The notes beneath the pieces were generated by a model that did no database searches, had not been told where the DNA came from, and worked only from the letters and a program-made list of their open reading frames with translations. From positions 4,613 to 68,612 of the forward strand of contig JAJZIU010000001.1 in assembly GCA_021810455.1 (NCBI GenBank): a stretch of DNA of 64,000 bases, read 5' to 3'. Shown one piece after another: positions 27,855 to 38,111 of this stretch (position 1 is its first letter; the number at the start of each line of letters is the position of its first letter). The stretch comes from Candidatus Micrarchaeota archaeon (GTDB lineage: Archaea; Micrarchaeota; Micrarchaeia; Micrarchaeales; CABMGC01). The position numbers and the translations under genes are program-made.

Positions 27855-30584
27855 ATGGATCCTTATTCCTTATTTATAGCCAGATTCGGTAGATTTACAG
27901 AGGTACAAGAGATGGCTTTTGAAGCCATAAAAAAAGGTAGCAACTGTGTAATAACAGCACCTACAGGAAGTGGCAAAACAGACGCTGCATTGTTACCAAT
28001 GCTTGATCTTATATCGAAATCCGCATATGATAATAACATTTTAGTGCTTTATATAACACCCTTGAAAGCACTTAACAGAGATTTAATAAAGAGAGTGACC
28101 TGGCTGTGTAATGAATTGGGAGTAAGCGTAGGGGTCAGACATGGTGATACGAGTGTTGTTGAGAGAAAACACCAGGCAGAACACCCTCCACAATTGTTAA
28201 TAACCACACCAGAGAGTCTTCAAAATTTATTTTTATCCCCAAGACTCAGAAACTCTTTAAAGAAACTCAAAGGAGTTATAGTAGATGAGGTTCATGAGTT
28301 ATATTACAACAAAAGGGGCGCACAGCTTTCAGTTGCTTTGTCAAGAGTTACAAAAATTTCGGGCGAATTCCAACGTGTTTGCATAAGTGCAACGGTTGGT
28401 GATGTTGAGACGATTTCTGAGTTTATGTTTGGAAAAAGAGATTACACTGTTGTGAGGTCTTCAAAGGGTAAAAAATTTGATATTAATATAGAGATGCCGG
28501 AAAAACCACTTAGGAAGCACGACGAGATAATAGAGGCTTTTGGATTAGATGACCCATCTCTTGCAAGAATGGAGAGGATATCTGAAATTGTAAAAGATTC
28601 TGAAGCGACTTTGGTTTTTACAAACACAAGACAAGCCGCAGAATCTCTTGGCAGTAAGCTGATTTACTTTGATAAGGTGGAGCATTTTGGTCCAGTGGGC
28701 ATACACCATAGCTCTATTGAAAAAACAGAAAGGATAGAGACTGAAGAGAAACTAAAGGAGGGGAAATTGAAGTGTATTGTTTCTACAAGTTCATTGGAGC
28801 TCGGAATAGATATAGGAATGATAAATCAAGTTATACAATACGGATCCCCGAGGCAGGCAACGCGTTTATTACAGAGGATAGGTAGAGGGGGACATAGAGA
28901 AGGTGCCACGTCAATAGGCACAATTTTAGTTTCTGGTGTTATGGATGCTTTAGAATCTATTGCGATAGTAGCTTCTGCAAGAGATGCGCGTTTAGAAAGA
29001 CAGGATATGGAAAGGTGTGCAATTGATGTTATGTTGAACCAGATATGTTCCATTGCATTGGAATACAGAGAGATAAGTATTGATGAAATGTACGCAGTGT
29101 TTAAAGGTGCTTCTGCATTTTCCGATTTGCAGCTGGAGCTTTTCGAATCTGTAGTAAAATTTGCAGAAGAAGAAAAACTCATTACCACAAGAGATAAGAT
29201 AAGGATAAGTAGTAGGGCAAGAGATTATTTTTACAATAATATAAGTGTGATACCTGATTCGCCGAAATTTTACGTGAAGGATATATTAAGAAATAAGGTC
29301 GTGTCGCTTCTTGATGAAAAGTTTGTTTTTAGCTACATAGATGAGGGCTCTGTTTTCATAACGCGTGGAATGCCGTGGAAAGTGGTGAGTATTGAAGAGG
29401 ACACTGTTTTTGTTGAACCGAGTTTAGACCTAAGTGCGGCCATACCGGATTGGGAAGGAGAGGACATACCAGTGTCTTACGAAATTGCAAATAGGGTTGC
29501 TAGACTTTTCGAAGAAGTACCAGCAGATGCAAGGCTTGATAAAAACTCTGAAAGAGAAATAAGTTTGTTTATTAAAAAACAATTAGAATCATTTATACCT
29601 TCAACAAATACGATAGCTGTCGAGATTCTTGATGAATATGTAATAATCCATTCCTTATTAGGAAAGTTGGCAAACGAGTTTTTAGGCAGAGCGATAATGA
29701 GAATTATCGGTTCTAGAGACATATTCATGAGAGCTACACCGTATGCGATTATGATTGATTACGGATCTTCAATAAAAGCTCCAGATATTAAAAAGGCGTT
29801 TGATGTCTTACAGGTTTCAAAACTTGATGCTTCAGTTGTTGAGGATACAGAGCTGTTCAGATACAAATTTGTACAGATATCTAAATTGCTAGGCATTATT
29901 GATAAAAAAGCCAAAGTAACAAAAAACGTTGCAAACAAGTTGGTAAGATTTTATAGAGATTCGATAGTATACAGGGAGACTCTCAGAGATTTGGAAAAGA
30001 ACAACATAGATGTAGAAAGAGTTAGGGGGCTTTTTAACGAAATAAGAGCAGGTAGAGTAAAGATAATATATAGGAATCAAATATCCGCGCTTTCTGAGGA
30101 ACTGATTAAAAGTACTATGAAATACAGGGAACTTTTGTCTTCCGCCCTACCTGGCAATGAAGTCGTTGAGCAATTCGAGATTAAGTTTAGGGGAAGAAAT
30201 GTTTTGTTATTATGCACCTATTGTGGATTTGAATTTAATTATGAAATAAAGATAGGGAAGGATGGATTAATAAGATGCCCAAGATGTGGAAGTTCAATGT
30301 TGGTTAGATCGAAGGATGTCGCAAGAGATGTGATTAAAAGAAGTTTGTTAAAATCAAAATTGACTGTAGATGATAGAAAAATCAAGATAGAACTTTTGAA
30401 AGAAGCAGGAATGGTATCAGAATATGGAGATAGAGCTCTGATAACATTATTAACTTATGGGGTTGGAGTCAACACTGCTGCAAGAGTTCTCAGGCTAGTT
30501 AGAACAGATTATTCGAGATTTATAAAAGATATAATAGAAGCACAGAAAACTTTTGTAAAAAACAGCAAGTTTTGGAAAAAATAG
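27855..30584 (+). CDS. Lhr-family SF2 helicase with C-terminal Zn finger
   Basis: APTGSGKT, DEVH, SAT, SSLELGIDIG, QRIGRGGH; CTYC...CPRC. Confidence 0.92.
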   Translation: MDPYSLFIARFGRFTEVQEMAFEAIKKGSNCVITAPTGSGKTDAALLPMLDLISKSAYDNNILVLYITPLKALNRDLIKRVTWLCNELGVSVGVRHGDTSVVERKHQAEHPPQLLITTPESLQNLFLSPRLRNSLKKLKGVIVDEVHELYYNKRGAQLSVALSRVTKISGEFQRVCISATVGDVETISEFMFGKRDYTVVRSSKGKKFDINIEMPEKPLRKHDEIIEAFGLDDPSLARMERISEIVKDSEATLVFTNTRQAAESLGSKLIYFDKVEHFGPVGIHHSSIEKTERIETEEKLKEGKLKCIVSTSSLELGIDIGMINQVIQYGSPRQATRLLQRIGRGGHREGATSIGTILVSGVMDALESIAIVASARDARLERQDMERCAIDVMLNQICSIALEYREISIDEMYAVFKGASAFSDLQLELFESVVKFAEEEKLITTRDKIRISSRARDYFYNNISVIPDSPKFYVKDILRNKVVSLLDEKFVFSYIDEGSVFITRGMPWKVVSIEEDTVFVEPSLDLSAAIPDWEGEDIPVSYEIANRVARLFEEVPADARLDKNSEREISLFIKKQLESFIPSTNTIAVEILDEYVIIHSLLGKLANEFLGRAIMRIIGSRDIFMRATPYAIMIDYGSSIKAPDIKKAFDVLQVSKLDASVVEDTELFRYKFVQISKLLGIIDKKAKVTKNVANKLVRFYRDSIVYRETLRDLEKNNIDVERVRGLFNEIRAGRVKIIYRNQISALSEELIKSTMKYRELLSSALPGNEVVEQFEIKFRGRNVLLLCTYCGFEFNYEIKIGKDGLIRCPRCGSSMLVRSKDVARDVIKRSLLKSKLTVDDRKIKIELLKEAGMVSEYGDRALITLLTYGVGVNTAARVLRLVRTDYSRFIKDIIEAQKTFVKNSKFWKK

Positions 30585-30593
30585 TCACAGCAT

Positions 30594-32990
30594 TCAATAG
30601 ATGAGTTTTGCGTCTGCTATTTTTGATCCGGAATCAAGTTTCATTAGTCTTACTCCGCTTGTTGCCCTGCCCGTCTCCCTTATGGAACTTACAGGTATGG
30701 TTATACTTATTCCCCTGTTGTTTATAAGCAATAGATGCGGTTCGTCGGACAAAGAAAGTGCCTTAGAAACGTTTCCTGTTTTCTGGTTTGTCCTAAGATT
30801 TGCTATGCCCTTTCCGCCTCTTTTTTGAGTTCTATATTTGTTTATAGGAGTTACCTTACCATAACCATTTTCAGTTACTGTCATTAGTTTGGTGCTGTCA
30901 TCTACAGCGAGTATGTTTCTAGGTACATCGTCCTTTAACCTTATGCCACGAACTCCCATTGCAGTCCTTCCGATAAATCTTAAATCATTATCATTAAACT
31001 TTATTGCTTTGCCTTTAGCTGTAGCGATAACTAAATATTTTTTATCTCTGTAGGAGACAACGTCGACTATTTCGTCTCCTTGAGCCAACGTTATTGCACG
31101 TACACCTGAAGAACGAGGTTTTGAGAATAGATCTGCGCGTACTTTTTTAACTAATCCTTTGCGAGTTAAGAACACAAGATTTGAATTTTCAAATCCTTTT
31201 ATATCCAACAAACCTATTATCTTTTCGTCAGTTATGTTTAGCAGGTTCACTATCGCTTTTCCTTCGGAATATCTGCTACTTTCAGGTACGTTGTATGCTT
31301 TTAGCCAGTAAACCCTCCCTTTGTTTGAAATAGAAAGGACGTAGTCTTTGTTATTACAGGCTATTACTTGGTTTACATAATCTCCGTCTTTGAGGTTTAT
31401 TGATATTACACCTTTTCCGCCGCGGGCTTGTTCTTTGTAGATTGTTGTTGCCATTCTCTTTACGTATCCTTCCTTGGTTAATATCAAAGTGACTGGCTCG
31501 TCACTTATCATATCTTCATCTTTTATCATGAATGCGCTTTCATCCTCTGATTTAATTATTTCTGTTTTTCGTGGTTTGCTATAAAGTTTTTTAATTTCTT
31601 CAGTTTCAGAGCGTATTATGCCTTTTATCTTTTCAGGATCAGAAATTACACCGGAGTAGTATTCTATTTTCCTTCCAAGTTCGTCACTTTCTATTTTTAA
31701 TGTGTCGCTTTCTAAATGAGTGAGTCTGGAAAGTTTCATATCGAGTATAGCGTCTGCTTGTTTTATTGTAAGGCTATGTGTGGTTATTAGCTTTTCGCGT
31801 GCGTCTTTGACTTCCTTACTGGCTTTTATATCACGTATTATATCGTCTATTTTTTCGATTGCTATCAGTAATCCTTGCACGATATGTTGTCTTTCGGTTG
31901 CCATGTTTAGTTCGTACTTACTTCTTCGGAGTATTACGTCTTTTCTATGCTCAACAAATACTGAAATCATTTGCAAAATATTAAGATTTCTAAGGCTTTT
32001 TCCAACAACTGCAAGGTTTATTATAGGCAGTGTGTTCTCTAACTGAGTATGTTTGTATAGTTGATTCAATATCTGGTCTGGGTCAAAATTTTCTTTAAGA
32101 TCTATGACTATGCGTATGCCGCCCTTATCGCTTTCGTCTCGGAGATCTTTTATTCCATTTATTCTTTTGTCTTTTACAAGAATTGCGATGGCTTGCACTA
32201 TTGATGCCTTGTTGGTGTTGTATGGTACTTCAGTTATCACTATTCTATTTTCGGAGCTTGTATCTGCTTTTGCTCTGACGCGAATCTGACCCCTGCCGTG
32301 TCTATAGCCATCATATGCGCTTTGTGACATTATTGCTATACCGCCTGTGGGAAAATCAGGTCCTTTAACTATTTCAAGAAGATCGTCTGCAGTAGTAACA
32401 GCGGATTCCAGGTATTTTATTATTGCATCACACACTTCAGACAGGTTGTGTGGGGGCATACTTGTCGCTACTCCAACAGCTATACCCGAAGATCCATTTA
32501 CAAGAAGGTTTGGTATTTTTGAAGGGAGTATAAGAGGCTCTTCCTCAGTGTTATCAAAATTTGGTATAAAATCAGCGGTGCCTTTATCAAGATCTTCCAA
32601 CATCTCCTCTGCAATTTTAGTAAGTCTGACTTCAGTGTATCTCTGTGCAGCAGGAGGATCTCCGTCTATTGAACCAAAATTCCCCTGACCTTCCACTAAA
32701 GTGTGATGCATAGAGAATCCTTGAGCCATACGAACCATTGCATCGTAAACGGCAGTATCTCCGTGTGGATGGTATTTTCCTATTGTTTCTCCAACTATTC
32801 TCGCGCTTTTTTTTGTCGGCTGATTGTGTAAATTTTTAAGATTATACATGGCGTAAAGTATCCTTCTTTGTACTGGTTTTAGGCCATCGCGAGCATCAGG
32901 TATAGCCCTTCCGATTATTACGCTCATTGCGTAATCCACGTAGCTAGCCTGAAGTTCTTCGTCAATCGGAGTTATTATCTGCTTTTCCAT
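30594..32990 (-). CDS. gyrA: DNA gyrase subunit A
   Basis: [23 protein letters not shown], GyrA-box QARGGKG, beta-pinwheel repeats. Confidence 0.97.
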   Translation of the reverse strand: MEKQIITPIDEELQASYVDYAMSVIIGRAIPDARDGLKPVQRRILYAMYNLKNLHNQPTKKSARIVGETIGKYHPHGDTAVYDAMVRMAQGFSMHHTLVEGQGNFGSIDGDPPAAQRYTEVRLTKIAEEMLEDLDKGTADFIPNFDNTEEEPLILPSKIPNLLVNGSSGIAVGVATSMPPHNLSEVCDAIIKYLESAVTTADDLLEIVKGPDFPTGGIAIMSQSAYDGYRHGRGQIRVRAKADTSSENRIVITEVPYNTNKASIVQAIAILVKDKRINGIKDLRDESDKGGIRIVIDLKENFDPDQILNQLYKHTQLENTLPIINLAVVGKSLRNLNILQMISVFVEHRKDVILRRSKYELNMATERQHIVQGLLIAIEKIDDIIRDIKASKEVKDAREKLITTHSLTIKQADAILDMKLSRLTHLESDTLKIESDELGRKIEYYSGVISDPEKIKGIIRSETEEIKKLYSKPRKTEIIKSEDESAFMIKDEDMISDEPVTLILTKEGYVKRMATTIYKEQARGGKGVISINLKDGDYVNQVIACNNKDYVLSISNKGRVYWLKAYNVPESSRYSEGKAIVNLLNITDEKIIGLLDIKGFENSNLVFLTRKGLVKKVRADLFSKPRSSGVRAITLAQGDEIVDVVSYRDKKYLVIATAKGKAIKFNDNDLRFIGRTAMGVRGIRLKDDVPRNILAVDDSTKLMTVTENGYGKVTPINKYRTQKRGGKGIANLRTNQKTGNVSKALSLSDEPHLLLINNRGISITIPVSSIRETGRATSGVRLMKLDSGSKIADAKLIY

Positions 32991-32999
32991 TTGCAAACC

Positions 33000-34907
33000 T
33001 CATATGTCTAATGATTTTACTTCTTCCGCATGTTCTTGCAAAAATTTTCTTCTTTTTTGTACGTCCATGCCCATTAGAATCGTAAATAATTCGTCGGTGT
33101 GCATAGCATCGGTTATTGATACTTTTTTAAGTATCCTATTTTTAGGATCCATTGTAGTTTCCCATAGTTGCTCGGGATTCATTTCTCCTAAACCTTTGTA
33201 TCGTTGTACTTCTGCTTTTCCACCAAGTTCTTTCAGTTTCGCATCTAGTTCCTGATCGCTGTAACAGTAGGAAACATCTTTTCCTTTAGAAACTTTGTAT
33301 AGGGGGGGTTGTGCCATGTACACATAGCCGTCTTCTATTATTTTGCGCATGTACCTGTAAATAAAAGTTAGTAGAAGTGTGCGTATATGACTTCCGTCAA
33401 CATCCGCATCAGTCATGAGTATTATTTTTTTATATCGTATATTTTCTGAGTTGAACGATTCATTTATCCCAGTTCCAAAGGCCGTTATTAGTGCCTTGAT
33501 TTCAGCATTATCGAAGATTTTCTCTACGTTTGCTTTTTCTACGTTTAATATCTTGCCTCTTAATGGAAGGATTGCTTGTATGTTTTTGTCTCTTCCATCT
33601 TTTCCAGAGCCACCTGCGCTCTGTCCTTCTACTATGAAGAGCTCCGTTTCATCAGGATTATTTGATATACAATCTGCCAATTTTCCAGGAAGTACAGTGC
33701 CTTCGAATAAACTCTTTTTTCTTGCAAGCTCTCTAGCCTTGCGAGAACTTTCACGCGCGTTTGCAGCTGTTTCTGCCTTTTCTATTATTGCTTTGGCATC
33801 TGAAGGGTGCTCCTCGAGATAGCGAGATATATGAGAATATATCTCGGTTTCTACAATCGTCTTTATTTGCGCGTTACCGAGTTTGCCTTTTGTCTGTCCT
33901 TCAAATTCGGGGTTTTGCATCAATACACTAAGTACTGCGGTAAGTCCTTCCCTGACATCTTCGCCGGTTATTTTTGTTTCAGCTTTTCCGGATTTGTTTT
34001 TTGATATGTAATTTAGTACTGCTCGAGTCAGGCCAGTGTGGAACCCAACCACGTGGGTTCCGCCTTCCACAGTTCGTATGTTATTTACAAAGGATTCAAT
34101 TTTCTCGTCGTATGTACTATTATATTGTAGGGCGTACTCTATGCTTACCTGCCCTTCTTGTATTTTGGAACGTATTATATTTGTCAATGTAGTTTTTCCG
34201 TTGTTCATATAGCGTATAAAGTCGGTTATGCCTTCTTTGGATGAGTATGTTTCGTCTTCTGGAGACTCAAATCTCTCATCTTTTAGAGTTATGTTTATCC
34301 CAGGGTTTAAAAAACTCGTATATCTAAGCCTGTCTTTAAGAGTTGTTGAATCGAAAGTAGTAGTTTGGAATATCTCTTTATCAGGTTTGAATTCCGTAGT
34401 GGTTCCGGTTTCTTTAGTGTCACCAAGTTGTTGCAGAGGAGATGTTGGAACTCCTTTGCTAAAACCCATTCTGTAAATATGTCCGTCCTTTTTTACAGTT
34501 ACGTTTGTGTATTCAGATAATGCATTAACCACAGTAAGCCCAACGCCGTGCAGTCCTCCGGACACCTTGTAAGCATCGCTAGAGAATTTACCGCCTTTGT
34601 GCAGGGTGGTCATTATTACTTCGAGTGCACTTTTATTGAATTTTGGCATGATGTCTACAGGTATGCCACGACCGTCATCAATCACTTCGGCAACATTGAC
34701 ATCATTATCCATGAATAATCGTATTTTAATGTTTTTACAGTATCCGGACATTGCTTCGTCTACTGCATTGTCTATCACTTCGTAGAGAAGGTGAAGCACT
34801 CCGCTAGGGCCAGTAGAACCTATATACATTGCTGGTCTTTTACGTATTCCTTGCGGACCTTCGAGAACAATAATTTTAGATGCGTTGTAGTCGTCACTTT
34901 CTGCCAT
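33000..34907 (-). CDS. gyrB: DNA gyrase subunit B
   Basis: RKRPAMYIG, EVIDNAVDE, DDGRGIP, GGLHGVG, PLRGKILN, DADVDG, RYKGLGEM. Confidence 0.97.
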   Translation of the reverse strand: MAESDDYNASKIIVLEGPQGIRKRPAMYIGSTGPSGVLHLLYEVIDNAVDEAMSGYCKNIKIRLFMDNDVNVAEVIDDGRGIPVDIMPKFNKSALEVIMTTLHKGGKFSSDAYKVSGGLHGVGLTVVNALSEYTNVTVKKDGHIYRMGFSKGVPTSPLQQLGDTKETGTTTEFKPDKEIFQTTTFDSTTLKDRLRYTSFLNPGINITLKDERFESPEDETYSSKEGITDFIRYMNNGKTTLTNIIRSKIQEGQVSIEYALQYNSTYDEKIESFVNNIRTVEGGTHVVGFHTGLTRAVLNYISKNKSGKAETKITGEDVREGLTAVLSVLMQNPEFEGQTKGKLGNAQIKTIVETEIYSHISRYLEEHPSDAKAIIEKAETAANARESSRKARELARKKSLFEGTVLPGKLADCISNNPDETELFIVEGQSAGGSGKDGRDKNIQAILPLRGKILNVEKANVEKIFDNAEIKALITAFGTGINESFNSENIRYKKIILMTDADVDGSHIRTLLLTFIYRYMRKIIEDGYVYMAQPPLYKVSKGKDVSYCYSDQELDAKLKELGGKAEVQRYKGLGEMNPEQLWETTMDPKNRILKKVSITDAMHTDELFTILMGMDVQKRRKFLQEHAEEVKSLDI

Positions 34908-34975
34908 GAAAAACAACGCAAATATATCTGATTTTAAGACTATAAACCTTCTCTGCATATGCATATTGTGAGGTT

Positions 34976-36331
34976 ATGGCAAGGGAAAATGTGAAAAAAT
35001 CAAAATCTAAAAAGGTTATTGTGATAGGGGCTGCGGGTAGGGATTTTCATAACTTTAATGTGCTGTTTAGAAACAATAAAGAATACGATGTTGTTGCATT
35101 CACAGCAAATCAGATCCCATACATCACGAATAGAGATTATCCTGAAATCCTTGCTGGGAAAAGTTATAAGAAAGGTATACACATATACGACGAATCAGAA
35201 CTTTCGGGACTCATTAGAAAGTTTAATGTAGACATATCTGTGATGTCGTATAGTGATCTTCCTTTTAACCAGGTAATGCATATTGCGAGTTTGGTTAATG
35301 CTGCTGGTTCAGATTTTTGGCTTGTTGCGCCAAACAAGACCATGATAAAATCGAGTAAGCCAGTTATTGCAGTTTGTGCAGTAAGAACAGGATGCGGCAA
35401 AAGTCAGGTGTCTAGATATATATCAAAACTTCTGAGGGAGAAAGGCTTCAGGGTTGTCATCATAAGACATCCAATGCCCTATGGCGTTCTGAAAAAACAG
35501 GCAGTTCAGAAGTTTTCAGAACTTAAAGACCTAGATAAATACAATACAACTATTGAAGAAAGAGAAGATTACGAACCTCATTTGAAGAACGGGTTTGTGG
35601 TTTATGCAGGAGTAGATTACGGTAAAATTCTTAAAAAAGCAGAAAAGGAAGCAGACATTATAATATGGGACGGCGGAAACAATGACGCACCTTTTATTAA
35701 ACCAGAATTAATGATAACGGTCGTAGATCCTTTGCGCGCAGGCAACGAACTTAATTATTATCCCGGAGAGACTGTAGCGATGATGGCAGATGTTCTTTTA
35801 GTAAATAAGGTAAATTCTGCTAACAAAGCCGATGTTGAACGAGTTGTATCCAATCTGAAAGGAATAAACAACGAAGGCAGAATATTTTATGCAGACTCTG
35901 TGGTTACTGTTGATAATGGCTCTGAAATAAAGGGGAAAAGAGTGTGTGTAGTTGAAGATGGTCCAACAATAACGCACGGGGGTATGCTTTTCGGCGCAGG
36001 AAGTGTTGCGGTTAAAAAATACGGTGCCAAAAGTGTTGTTGAGGCTAAAAAATATGCAGTAGGAGAAATAAAGAAGACATTTGAAAGGTATGAAAAGCTC
36101 AGGTATGAATTGCCAGCAGTAGGTTATAGCAATAGGGAGATTTCTGATTTGCAGAGGACAATAAATAAGATGCCTTGTGATGTTGTCGTTTCAGCTACAC
36201 CAACAGATTTGAAAAGGTTAATTAATGTGAACAAACCAGTATTACAAGTTAATTATGAACTACAACCTATAGGGAGAGGTTTTGACAAAGAAATAGAGAG
36301 ATTTTTAAGATCTTTGAACAGGGGTCCGTAA
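34976..36331 (+). CDS. cDPG-synthetase-like P-loop ligase, probable arginine synthetase (ArcE-type)
   Basis: GAAGRDFHNFN, AVRTGCGKS, RHPMPYG, TIEEREDYEPH, WDGGNND, EDGPTITHGGM. Confidence 0.75.
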   Translation: MARENVKKSKSKKVIVIGAAGRDFHNFNVLFRNNKEYDVVAFTANQIPYITNRDYPEILAGKSYKKGIHIYDESELSGLIRKFNVDISVMSYSDLPFNQVMHIASLVNAAGSDFWLVAPNKTMIKSSKPVIAVCAVRTGCGKSQVSRYISKLLREKGFRVVIIRHPMPYGVLKKQAVQKFSELKDLDKYNTTIEEREDYEPHLKNGFVVYAGVDYGKILKKAEKEADIIIWDGGNNDAPFIKPELMITVVDPLRAGNELNYYPGETVAMMADVLLVNKVNSANKADVERVVSNLKGINNEGRIFYADSVVTVDNGSEIKGKRVCVVEDGPTITHGGMLFGAGSVAVKKYGAKSVVEAKKYAVGEIKKTFERYEKLRYELPAVGYSNREISDLQRTINKMPCDVVVSATPTDLKRLINVNKPVLQVNYELQPIGRGFDKEIERFLRSLNRGP

Positions 36332-36396
36332 CTCAGATTGGTCAGAGTGGCTGGCTCTTAACCAGCAGGTCGTGGGTTCAAATCCCACCGGGCCCG
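36322..36396 (+). tRNA. tRNA-Lys(CTT)
   Basis: GGGTCCG/CGGGCCC acceptor, CTGG-CTCTTAA-CCAG anticodon arm, GGTTCAAATCC. Confidence 0.95.
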
Positions 36397-36465
36397 TTTA
36401 TGTTTTTATTGTTCTGGATTAGGAAGGTATTTATATTTGAAATGACGTAATATATGTACTCCTAA

Positions 36466-37182
36466 TTGTTGGCGATCCTTGTGAAAACTAAAAAAACAAA
36501 TAAACACCGTGTTTTGCGTAATAATACTAAAAAGAGCGTTAAAAAGAATAGAACCTCAAGAGTAGTGATCAGAAACACCGATACCGTTCGTTCAAAACGA
36601 GTGAAAACACAAAACGCAACAGTTAAAAAGGGGTTAACAAAACCGAAGATGTCAAAAGCTGGCAAAACGTTTCAGAATGGAGAGATAGATGCAGTAAGTA
36701 AAGAAATTGCAAGAAGCACGATAGATAATCACGCTTTTTCAGATTATATAGCAAAAAACATTGGTAGCAGAGCTAACGATGTTCTTTCGGAACTATGTAA
36801 CAATTCACAGATAGATGACGTTCTTGCTGAAAAACTAAGTCTTAAGATAAACGAAACGAGAAGAATATTGAATCTACTTAACGGATACGGGATCGTTAGG
36901 TATGAGGTTAATAAGGATAAAAAAGGATGGCTGACATTTAGGTGGTATATAGACGGTTCTTCTCTAACCGAGTTCAGCAAACAAGTAATAGAAAAGGCCA
37001 GCGAACACAAAGAAACGCTGCCTTCAGACTGTAATGATTTTTTCATGTGCCAAGAATGTTATAAAAAACAAAAGATCATATTCCCATTTGATGTTGCTTA
37101 CGAAACTAATTTTAAATGTGAATGCGGAGAGAGTTTAAAAATGCTAACAAGAGCGGAAGCTGAAGCTGAATTTATACACTAA
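36466..37182 (+). CDS. tfe: Transcription factor E alpha with basic N-terminal extension
   Basis: DDVLAEKLSLKINETRRILNLL wHTH, GWLTFRW, CQEC...FKCECG zinc ribbon; start uncertain (TTG 36466 or GTG 36481). Confidence 0.88.
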   Translation: MLAILVKTKKTNKHRVLRNNTKKSVKKNRTSRVVIRNTDTVRSKRVKTQNATVKKGLTKPKMSKAGKTFQNGEIDAVSKEIARSTIDNHAFSDYIAKNIGSRANDVLSELCNNSQIDDVLAEKLSLKINETRRILNLLNGYGIVRYEVNKDKKGWLTFRWYIDGSSLTEFSKQVIEKASEHKETLPSDCNDFFMCQECYKKQKIIFPFDVAYETNFKCECGESLKMLTRAEAEAEFIH

Positions 37183-37257
37183 AGCGAGGTAGGGTAGCAC
37201 GGAGTGCCCGCCGGGCTCATAACCCGGAGAACGGTGGTTCAAATCCACCCCTCGCTA
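37183..37257 (+). tRNA. Initiator tRNA-Met(CAT)
   Basis: A1-U72 pair (AGCGAGG/CCTCGCT), three consecutive G-C pairs in the anticodon stem (CCGGG CTCATAA CCCGG). Confidence 0.95.
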
Positions 37258-37258
37258 A

Positions 37259-37370
37259 CCCTTTATTTCCACTATTTTTTAAAGTTATTTTTCAAAAATA
37301 TGAATTAATTTTAATTTAATATAGTACTATATATAATATATAACACACGAATAGTGGAAATGAACCCTCT
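37259..37370. other. Candidate replication origin: inverted ORB-like boxes flanking an AT-rich unwinding element
   Basis: Perfect 12-bp inverted repeat ATTTCCACTATT (37265-37276) / AATAGTGGAAAT (37350-37361); 73-nt spacer with 9 G/C; directly upstream of GINS. Confidence 0.6.
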
Positions 37371-37379
37371 GTTGGTCTT

Positions 37380-37823
37380 ATGGAAGATGATATTAGTATT
37401 ATATTTTCAAAATTTTCCGAAGAGAAAAAAACAGGAGAACTATTGCCTCTTCCGATAGATTTTTATTCAAGATACGGTAATAATACAAACGACGAATCTC
37501 GTGAAAACAAGAACAAAACCATATCCGCACTAAAAGCAAAAAGAATGCAAAAAATACTCGTGTACCTTGCTTATGGAAGGCCGCTGCCACAGCAGGTACC
37601 TGAAGAGGAAAAACACATTTATCAGGAAATCAAAAAACTAATATCCCAAAAAACAAAAGAAGACACAAAAAAACTAAAAATCCTGATAAAGATCCCAGAA
37701 ATAATAACCCCAGAAGGACAGAAGATAGGGCCTTATGAAAAAAACCAAATAATAGAAACAAGTAATAATAGCAATGTGGAATATATACTAAAGAATAAAA
37801 TCGGAGAAATTATAGAACAGTGA
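37380..37823 (+). CDS. GINS complex protein (Gins51/Gins15 type)
   Basis: EEKKTGELLPLPIDFY, KRMQKIL, C-terminal B-domain IPEIITPEGQKIGPY; conserved position before rpl44e. Confidence 0.8.
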   Translation: MEDDISIIFSKFSEEKKTGELLPLPIDFYSRYGNNTNDESRENKNKTISALKAKRMQKILVYLAYGRPLPQQVPEEEKHIYQEIKKLISQKTKEDTKKLKILIKIPEIITPEGQKIGPYEKNQIIETSNNSNVEYILKNKIGEIIEQ

Positions 37824-38110
37824 TAAACATGAAAATAGCAAAAGAGATAAACACATACTGTCCATATTGTAATGCGCACACTTTACATGTTGTAAAGATG
37901 GTATCTAAGACTAAGCAGCGCGGTTTGGGGAAAGCAACACGAAGGCACGAACGAGCAATCAAGGGATACGTGGGTAGCGTAGAACTTAAAATCCATCCAA
38001 AAAAACTTGGTAAAAAACAAAAAGTCATACTCACATGTAAAAAATGTAATAAGCAAATCGAAAAGACTTTGGGGAAGAGGACAAAGAAGAAGATAGAAAT
38101 AAAGCGATAA
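37820..38110 (+). CDS. rpl44e: 50S ribosomal protein L44e
   Basis: TYCPYCNAHTLH, LTCKKC. Confidence 0.93.
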   Translation: MINMKIAKEINTYCPYCNAHTLHVVKMVSKTKQRGLGKATRRHERAIKGYVGSVELKIHPKKLGKKQKVILTCKKCNKQIEKTLGKRTKKKIEIKR

Positions 38111-38111
38111 A

